Shown: piece by piece, positions 1 through 6,900 of the stretch | How positions within the stretch are numbered: position 1 is the stretch's first letter | Layout of the letters: each line of letters begins with the position of its first letter | DNA from: an uncultured virus (IMG/VR IMGVR_UViG_2875459517_000002) | Lineage: Duplodnaviria > Heunggongvirae > Uroviricota > Caudoviricetes | Length of the DNA stretch: 20,000 nucleotides | Virus record (IMG/VR): IMGVR_UViG_2875459517_000002 | Reading direction: 5' to 3' (one strand) | The notes under the pieces: generated by a model | Told to the model about the DNA's origin: nothing | What the model saw: the letters and a program-made list of their open reading frames with translations, nothing else | Databases searched by the model: none | Program-made: the position numbers and the translations under genes

Positions 1-828
1 ACTCCGTCCCAAGAAGTTCGCGCAGCGTTAGGTGATAACAACGGAACTGGCGGCGAAAAATTACTCCCTAAAACGGTATCACAAGAGCTGTTATATGAGC
101 CGTTTGTTAAAAACCCACTTAGAGAAGTTTCAACTTACACAAGCATTACTAACTTGGAGTTGCCAAAAGTAGACTTCACTCTTGGAGATGATGGATTCAT
201 CCAAGATTTAGAAACAGCTAAAGAGCTAGAAGTTGAAGGCAGCTCACTTTCTTTCGACCGTAACAAATTTAAAGTAATGGCTCTAGTCTCTGAAACTACA
301 GTGGCCGCAACTGACACTGATCTTGTAGCAACTGTTGATCGTGCGCTTCAGTCCGGTCTTGCTGCGAAGGAGAAAAAGGTCGCATTTGCAACCGCACCGA
401 AAGCTGGCGAAGAGGAGATGTCATTCTACGGCGCCAAAATCAAAGAAGTTGAAGGTGCGGATTTATATGAAGCCATTACGAATTCAATTGCGGATCTTGC
501 TGAGGACTTCCGTGACAATGCGAAAGTCATGATGCGTTACTCTGATTACATGAAAATCGTACGCGATTTAGCTAATGGAAGCTCTACTCTATACGGTGCT
601 CAGCCGGAGCAAATTATCGGTAAGCCAGTCGTATTCTCTGACGCTGCTGTTAAACCGATTATCGGCGACTTCCGTTACTCTCACTTCAACTACGATCCAG
701 CGATCACTTACGAGAGCGACAAAGACATCAAGACTGGCGAAAACGCATTCGTGTTGACTGCTTGGTTCGATCATAAAATCAAGCTTAAATCTGCGTTCCG
801 TATTGCATCCGTAGTAACTGCGCCCTAA
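1..828 (+). CDS. Phage major capsid protein, HK97 family (5'-truncated)
   Basis: Frame 1 is open from base 1 (TPSQEVRAALGDNNGTGGEKLLP...), so the 154 start is internal. HK97-like motifs GG.LLP..S, IIGKPVVF and IIGDF; lies upstream of the connector genes. Confidence 0.93.
   Translation, partial: TPSQEVRAALGDNNGTGGEKLLPKTVSQELLYEPFVKNPLREVSTYTSITNLELPKVDFTLGDDGFIQDLETAKELEVEGSSLSFDRNKFKVMALVSETTVAATDTDLVATVDRALQSGLAAKEKKVAFATAPKAGEEEMSFYGAKIKEVEGADLYEAITNSIADLAEDFRDNAKVMMRYSDYMKIVRDLANGSSTLYGAQPEQIIGKPVVFSDAAVKPIIGDFRYSHFNYDPAITYESDKDIKTGENAFVLTAWFDHKIKLKSAFRIASVVTAP
823..828 (+). other. Programmed +1 frameshift site CCC-TAA
   Basis: The capsid gene ends in CCC TAA, the shifty-stop hexamer known from SPP1 gene 17.1; the +1 codon CCT starts an intact FN3 domain. 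Confidence 0.82.
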
Positions 829-1357
829 TGCGCCCCAAGGGTTAACGGCGACTCCTAAAGACACATCGGTGTCCCTTAATTGGGACGCCGTAACCTTCAA
901 TGGGGGCATTAAAGAATACGAGGTATACAGAGACGGAGTATCTATCGGATCTCGCGTAGGGACTTCGTTCGCAGACAGCGGCTTGACGCAATTAACAACG
1001 TATAAGTATCAGGTGCGCGCAATTCCTAACGCCGGCGACCCGTCGCCACTTAGCGCCGAGCTTTCGGTGACTACGTTAGCGACCGAACCTACAGGCGTCA
1101 ACGTAACGGAAACCTCCAAGACCTTAACGGTGGGCGATACGTATAAGATTAACGCAACGGTCACGCCTTCAAGCGCAGACCAAAGCGTGACTTTTACGTC
1201 TAGTAGCACCGCGACAGCAACCGTATCTAGCTCCGGCTTAGTAACGGCTAAAGCGGGCGGCACAACCACGATCACTGTCGCGTCTAAGTCGAAACCTTCG
1301 GTTAAGAAAACGGTGGCTATTACGGTCAACGAACCGGCACCTCCGGCAGGTGAATAA
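824..1357 (+). CDS. FN3 + Ig-like (Big_2) extension, probably fused to the capsid protein by a +1 frameshift
   Basis: Frame 2 is closed by TAG-TAA at 812-817, then reads PNAPQGLTATPKDTSVSLNWDAV...YEVYRDG...DSGL...YKYQVRA (FN3) followed by LTVGDT..INATVTP...VTFTSS...ATVSSSGLVTAKAGGTTTITV (Big_2). No RBS precedes GTG 869. Confidence 0.85.
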   Translation, partial: PNAPQGLTATPKDTSVSLNWDAVTFNGGIKEYEVYRDGVSIGSRVGTSFADSGLTQLTTYKYQVRAIPNAGDPSPLSAELSVTTLATEPTGVNVTETSKTLTVGDTYKINATVTPSSADQSVTFTSSSTATATVSSSGLVTAKAGGTTTITVASKSKPSVKKTVAITVNEPAPPAGE

Positions 1358-1359
1358 CG

Positions 1360-1599
1360 ATGGCACTTACGCTTGATGAAGCAAAAGAATACTTGCGGAT
1401 TGATGGAGATGAGGATGATAACCTCGTCTCCTTTTTTATTTCCGCAGCAGAAAAGCATATGGAAAACGCAGGCGTAAAGGATACCGAATCGGACCTGTAC
1501 AAAATGGCGGCACTGATCTTTGTTGCGGACGCCTACGAAAACAGGACGACAGCTAACAGTGGAACAAAAATCGCCGGTATGATCCTTCAATTGAGGTGA
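1360..1599 (+). CDS. Head-tail connector (HK97 gp6/SPP1 gp15-like)
   Basis: LDEAKEYLRIDGDEDDNLV...AA and YENR motifs; position after capsid. Confidence 0.92.
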   Translation: MALTLDEAKEYLRIDGDEDDNLVSFFISAAEKHMENAGVKDTESDLYKMAALIFVADAYENRTTANSGTKIAGMILQLR

Positions 1600-1604
1600 G
1601 CGCT

Positions 1605-1946
1605 ATGGCGGTAAACATCGGAAGTTTTAATAATCGGATCACGTTTTTGCAATACGCAAACACAACGAATGACGAAGGGTTTGAGATCGATGGCTGGACG
1701 CCGGTTGCCACGGTTTGGTCGGCAGTAAAGACGTTACAGGGCCGAGAATTTATTGCGGCAGCCACAATTCAGGCCGAGAGAACGACCCGTTTTATCATTC
1801 GTTATTCAAAGCGAATGAAGACGCTGCTTAATAACAAGATGCGCGTTAAATATGACGGACGAGAGTTCGAGATCGAAAGCATTATCAACGATAACGAAGC
1901 AAACGTTACCTTCACGATTATTGCGAAGGAGGTCGACGTTAAGTGA
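1605..1946 (+). CDS. Head closure / head-tail adaptor (SPP1 gp16-like)
   Basis: RITF...W..VATVWSAV...GREF...RFIIRY...MRVKYDGREFEIESI. ATG 1605 is preceded by GAGGTG. Confidence 0.9.
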   Translation: MAVNIGSFNNRITFLQYANTTNDEGFEIDGWTPVATVWSAVKTLQGREFIAAATIQAERTTRFIIRYSKRMKTLLNNKMRVKYDGREFEIESIINDNEANVTFTIIAKEVDVK

Positions 1947-2371
1947 GTTCAAGATCAAACGTTAAAGGCATGCGCGAGCTGATGGCGAGGCTAAACCGGA
2001 TGGGACGGGAATCTCAGTCCGTTAAGAAAGGCGCGCTTGAGGCCGGCGCTAAGCCGGTATTTGACGAGATGGAAGCGCGAAAGCCTAGCGCACAAAGTAA
2101 GATCCTGGTCAGCGACGTTAAGAATGACATTATCGAAATCGGACCGAGCGACCTTGATTTTATATCGCGATTCGCTGAGTTCGGTACTAGTCCGCACTTA
2201 GAAAAAGCGAAGAACAAAAAGGTCATGAGCGACGGTTCTACGTTTTACGGAAGAGAAGTCGATCACCCAGGGCACCAAGCGATACCTTTCATTGAGCCGT
2301 CTTTCAACGCGAAAAAGAACGAAGCACAGCGCGAAATCAGACGCTATTTAGAAAGGGAGTTATTTCGATGA
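1943..2371 (+). CDS. HK97 gp10-family neck/tail-completion protein
   Basis: VKGMREL...AL.AGA...RFAEFGTS...PFIEPSF motifs; AAGGAGG RBS. Confidence 0.88.
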   Translation: MSSRSNVKGMRELMARLNRMGRESQSVKKGALEAGAKPVFDEMEARKPSAQSKILVSDVKNDIIEIGPSDLDFISRFAEFGTSPHLEKAKNKKVMSDGSTFYGREVDHPGHQAIPFIEPSFNAKKNEAQREIRRYLERELFR

Positions 2372-2712
2372 GTGCACGGGCAATCGTTAACTCGGCGCTT
2401 AAACCGTTGGGCGTGCCCGTTGTTTTTCTTAAGTATCGCGGAGAGGACGAAACATACGTCCGGTTTTTCTTCTACGACGAAAAGAGCGCACTCAATGCGG
2501 AAGACGCTGAAGAAGCAACGGGATTTTACGTTCAAGTTGATATTTATACGAAGGACCCAAGCGAATACGCTCGGTTAGAAACTGGCGTTAAGAAACAGCT
2601 CGTCGATGCGGGCTTTGGGCGCTTAGGGCAGTACGACCTATACGAACATGAAACGGAGATCTACCACAAGGTTCTCCGTTTTTATTATGCGCAAAATACG
2701 GAGGAGGAATAA
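2368..2712 (+). CDS. Tail terminator/completion protein
   Basis: VQVDIYTK...L..AGF...LYE.ET.IYH pattern; lies immediately before the tail tube gene. Confidence 0.8.
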   Translation: MSARAIVNSALKPLGVPVVFLKYRGEDETYVRFFFYDEKSALNAEDAEEATGFYVQVDIYTKDPSEYARLETGVKKQLVDAGFGRLGQYDLYEHETEIYHKVLRFYYAQNTEEE

Positions 2713-2714
2713 AT

Positions 2715-3317
2715 TTGGCAGGAACACGCATGGGATTACGCGATATTTACTTTGCGAAATTGATTAAGGACGATGAAGCGGGCGCCACTTATGATAAACC
2801 GGTTAAGATCGGTAAGGCAATTGAAGCGTCCATTTCACCGAACACAAACAGCGAAACTTTGAACGCGGATGATGGACCGTCTGAGATCGAAACGGCTTTC
2901 GGCGGCGTCGAGGTAGAGATCGGCGTTGACCAGTTGTCCCACGACATTCAGGCGTTATTACTCGGACATACGGTTAATGCTGATGGCGTACTTGAAAAGA
3001 AAGACACCGATTTGGCGCCATACGGTGCGTTACTCTTTAAATCGCAAGTATCGGGCGGCGGCGATAAGCTCTACGCGCTGTATAAAGGTAAATTCCAGCT
3101 GCAGGAAGAAGAGTTCGCTACTAAAACGGATAGTCCGGAATTCCAAACGGATTCAATTTCCGGCACATTCATGCGTCGTGAGTTTGATGGTGTTTGGGGC
3201 CGTTCAGTTTACACGAAAGGTGAAGGCGTTAATCAAACGGTTATTAACGAATGGTTCACGAAAGTTTACGAGCCTTCATCGTCTACCGGCGGCGAAACAC
3301 CGCCTTCAGGCGAGTAA
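2715..3317 (+). CDS. Major tail (tube) protein, phi13 family
   Basis: GLRDIYFAKL...L.ADDG...LLG...APYGALLF...LYKGKF motifs; GGAGG RBS with TTG start. Confidence 0.92.
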   Translation: MAGTRMGLRDIYFAKLIKDDEAGATYDKPVKIGKAIEASISPNTNSETLNADDGPSEIETAFGGVEVEIGVDQLSHDIQALLLGHTVNADGVLEKKDTDLAPYGALLFKSQVSGGGDKLYALYKGKFQLQEEEFATKTDSPEFQTDSISGTFMRREFDGVWGRSVYTKGEGVNQTVINEWFTKVYEPSSSTGGETPPSGE

Positions 3318-3330
3318 TAGATTCATATCG

Positions 3331-3366
3331 GAGAGTCCGGCTGCGGCCGGCTCTCTTTTATTTGTT
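3331..3366 (+). terminator. Rho-independent terminator after the major tail gene
   Basis: GAGAG(T)CCGGC-TGCG-GCCGGCTCTC hairpin followed by TTTTATTTGTT. Confidence 0.75.
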
Positions 3367-3402
3367 CACTCAAAAAAAACAACAAATTAGGAGAGTGTTT
3401 GC

Positions 3403-3741
3403 ATGCAAATTACATTACTTATCAAAGGTGAAGAAAAGGTATTTCACGCACCATTTATTAAAGGAAGAATGCTTCGCGAAGCTATCAAGCTATCGAAAAC
3501 AAGCAATTTTGACGAACTAGACGTCGGCGATCTCGATAACCTCGTTGATTACGTCGTTCGTGTTTATGACAACCAGTTCTCACTTGACGAATTCTACGAC
3601 GGCATTGCTTCCGAAAAAATGATTCCAACTATTTCCGATACCATTCAGGGCGTTGTCGGGACGGTAAATGCAGGCGTTGAACAGTCTGAAGCTGCGAAAG
3701 GTGAAGGCGAAGCCACTGCGGAGACTCCGGCAAAAAACTAA
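3403..3741 (+). CDS. Tail assembly chaperone gpG
   Basis: 112-aa acidic ORF between tail tube and TMP (Y.NQFS.DEFYDG), ending in a slippery heptamer. Confidence 0.88.
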   Translation: MQITLLIKGEEKVFHAPFIKGRMLREAIKLSKTSNFDELDVGDLDNLVDYVVRVYDNQFSLDEFYDGIASEKMIPTISDTIQGVVGTVNAGVEQSEAAKGEGEATAETPAKN

Positions 3742-3968
3742 CGCCGGGGTACCTTTTCCCGTTAGACTTCCTCGAAAAGCTTGAGAACGACCTTAAAAAA
3801 CTTTATCTCGATAACATGGAGCGTCCACAAGATATCTATTACTTTGACGAAATGGATATCGGTTGGTTCTTCGAGCTTATGCACTATTCCGATAGCGGAC
3901 AAAACAAGCGCGGCGGTTCAAGCGGCGGGAAGAAGGAAGTCTATATCGATCAGGTACTCGGTTTTTAG
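3738..3968 (+). CDS. Tail assembly chaperone gpT part (-1 frameshift extension of gpG; not in the ORF track)
   Basis: A AAA AAC at 3732-3738. The -1 frame reads LTPGYLFPLDFLEKLENDLKKLYLDNMERPQDIYYFDEMDIGWFFELMHY...KEVYIDQVLGF* and stops at 3968, just before the TMP RBS. Confidence 0.85.
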   Translation, partial: LTPGYLFPLDFLEKLENDLKKLYLDNMERPQDIYYFDEMDIGWFFELMHYSDSGQNKRGGSSGGKKEVYIDQVLGF

Positions 3969-3982
3969 AAAGGAGGTAAAGC

Positions 3983-6900
3983 ATGGCGGAATCACTCGGC
4001 GCTTTGCGCGTCAGTATCGGATTGGACAGTGCAGACTTGACGCGAGGCCTTGCGGATATTAACCGTAAACTTGGAGCGCTTAACAGTGAGTTCAAGGCGA
4101 CAATGGCCGGTGCAGGTAAATTCGATAACAGTCTCGATACTCTCAATCAGAAAGCAAACGTGCTTAACCGTACGCTTCAGGTACACAAAGCGAAGCTGTC
4201 CGACCTTAAGCGCCAGTACGAAGAAAGTGTTCAAACGAAAGGAAAAGATGCGGCTGCCTCCGTCCGGTTACTGACGCAGTACAACAAAGCATTAGCGGCC
4301 ATGAGGAAAACCGAGGACCAACTCGACCTCGTTAATAAACGGATTAGAGAGCAGAGTACAGGATTCGCACAACTGGGCGCTAAACTAAATGCGAGCGTCA
4401 ATACGATCACGACGAAAATGCGTGCGCTTGACGCGGCGTTTAAAGCGACAACGGCCGGTGTTGATAATTTCGGATCGACCTCGGATCAACTGAGGCAGAA
4501 AGCCGACCACTTAAATAAATCGATTGATCTTCAGCAAAAACGCTTAAAAGATCTTCGCCGGCTATATCTCGAAGCCAAGCGCGCCAAGGGCGAGGACGCT
4601 CAGGAGACGCAAGAACTTAGCGCAAGAATGAACGAAGCTACTGCACAGCTTCGCGAGACACAAGCACAGTTAAGAGCGACCAATACGCAGATTGAACAGC
4701 AGGCCAACGCGTGGCACCGTATGGGAACGCAAGCTCAAGAGAGCGGCGAAAACCTTCGAACGATTGGCGGAAAATTACAGTCGATTGGCTCCGAAATCGC
4801 AACATCATTCGGCGCTGCAACGTTGGCAATCAGCGGAGCCCTCGGACTCGCGACAAAGAAATCGATGGACTTCGAGCAGCAAATGTCGAACGTTAAATCG
4901 GTAATGGACCCGGCAGAGGCGAACAAATACAGCGATGCTTTGACGAACCTAGCGGTTAAACTCGGTGCGGATACGAAATACAGCGCGTTAGAGGCTGCAC
5001 AGGGTATGGAAGAGCTCGTTAAAGCAGGCGTATCTACCAAAGACATCATGGGCGGAGGCCTTTCCGGCGCACTTTCATTAGCGACAGCTGGTGATCTTGA
5101 ACTAGCAGACGCCGCAGAAATCGCCTCTACCGCGCTTAATGCGTTCAAAGACGATAATTTAAGTGTAGCGAAGGCTGCCGACATTCTAGCAGGAGCGGCC
5201 AATGCTTCGGCTACTTCTGTCGGAGAAATGAAGTACGGACTGTCCATGACTTCAGCGGTAGCCGCGGGCATGGGTTTATCTTTCAAAGACACGTCTACCG
5301 CACTCGCAGTATTTGCGCAGAATGGACTAAAGGGTTCTGATGCTGGTACATCACTAAAAACAATGTTAAGTCGTTTAGTGCCAATGACAGACGGTGCTTA
5401 TACAACAATGGAGTCTCTCGGCCTTGTTTCATTAGATACGAAAAAAGCGTTTGAGCAGTTGGCTAAACAGGGATTTAAACCGGCTAGCCAAGATCTCGGA
5501 GATATTTACAAAGCGATGGATGCTTACGTTACCAAGACAACCGGCTTAAAGAAGGGTACGGCCTCATTTGAAAAAGCATTTTCTAAGGCATCGATTGCAC
5601 TTGGGGTTATGGACAATAAGTTTTTCGATGCTCAAGGAAACATTAAAAGTATGACCGAGATATCCGGAGAACTCTCTAAGGCCCTGGATGGTATGTCCGC
5701 CAAAGATAAACAGGAAGCACTGTACAAAATCTTCGGCTCCGATGCTATCCGCGGAGCATTAATTCTTGGCAAGTCCGGGGCTAAAGGTTTTACCGAGATG
5801 GCTAATGCGATGGATAAGATCAAAGCGGCAGACGTTGCGGCCGAGCGTATGAACAACTTGAAAGGGCGAATCGAAGAGCTTTCAGGAGCATTCGAGACGG
5901 CACAAATAAATGTCGGTAAAGCGTTAACCCCAGCCGTATCCGCGCTAGTTGCCGTTTTGCAAAAAGTTGTAGACGCGTTTAATAATTTATCGCCAGGTAT
6001 GCAGAAGTTCGTTACCATCACACTAGCGGTGACAGCAGCTATTCTAGGCGTCGTCACCGTCCTGGGCGTTTTGTTAGCAGGAATCGGCGGTGCGCTCGTC
6101 GGTTTAGGTTCGTTGCAAATCGCGTGGGGGCTTTTATCGGTTCAAATAGCGGCTGCAGGCGGTATGATGGGCGTCTTCACATCGATATTAGCGACCTTGA
6201 CGAGTCCAATTGCGTTAACAATAGCAGGCATAACGGCGTTAGTGACCGTTTTTGTTCTCGTATACAAACACTCGGAGCAGTTACAGAAGCTTTTGGGCGT
6301 AGTGTTTAACGCAATCAAATCCGGTGCCTTAGTCGCATACAACGGCGCGAAGGTGGCATTTGACGGAATCATTGCGGCTGTAGATCGAGTCTCAGCGTAC
6401 TTGCTCGAAAAAGGTCCGGCCATGTGGAACGGATTTGCAGCCGGTGCGGTTAACATTGGAACCGCCATTCAGAGCGGGTTCAATAGTGCGATCGCTGCAA
6501 TAGGTTCGTTCTTTTACTCGCTCGGACAGAAAGCCTCGGAATTCTTCGGTCAAGGAGTCGCAGCTAAAGTAGCGGACGCGGCGGGGATATTTTTCGCACA
6601 ATTGAAAACCGCATTCTCAAGCGTCAGCGGCGTTATCTCCATTGTTGCGCCCGCGATTACGGGGTTTGGTTTGGCGTTAGCAGGCGTATCGGGGCCGATC
6701 GGATTCGCGATTACGGCGTTAGTTAGTTTGTCGGGGTTTTTATTCCGCCTCTATCAGTCTAACGAGCAGTTCCGTAACTCAGTAACGACTGTCTGGTCGC
6801 AAGTCTCAAGCGTAATTAGTAGTGCAATGACGGCTCTGCAACCGGTATTTGACGCATTTAGTCAATACTTCGGTGAAATAGCGGCTGAACTGGCACCCGA

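Noticed and set aside
154..828. ORF-track start of the capsid at TTG 154
   Set aside because: The frame is open back to base 1 with capsid-like sequence, so the real start lies outside the window.
3300..3320. Possible frameshift extension of the major tail protein as in SPP1
   Set aside because: The gene ends GAG TAA TAG with no shifty site and is followed by a terminator, not an Ig domain.
3781..4062. 93-aa ORF between gpG and the TMP
   Set aside because: No RBS, overlaps the TMP start, and the -1 frame (3738-3968) explains the region better.
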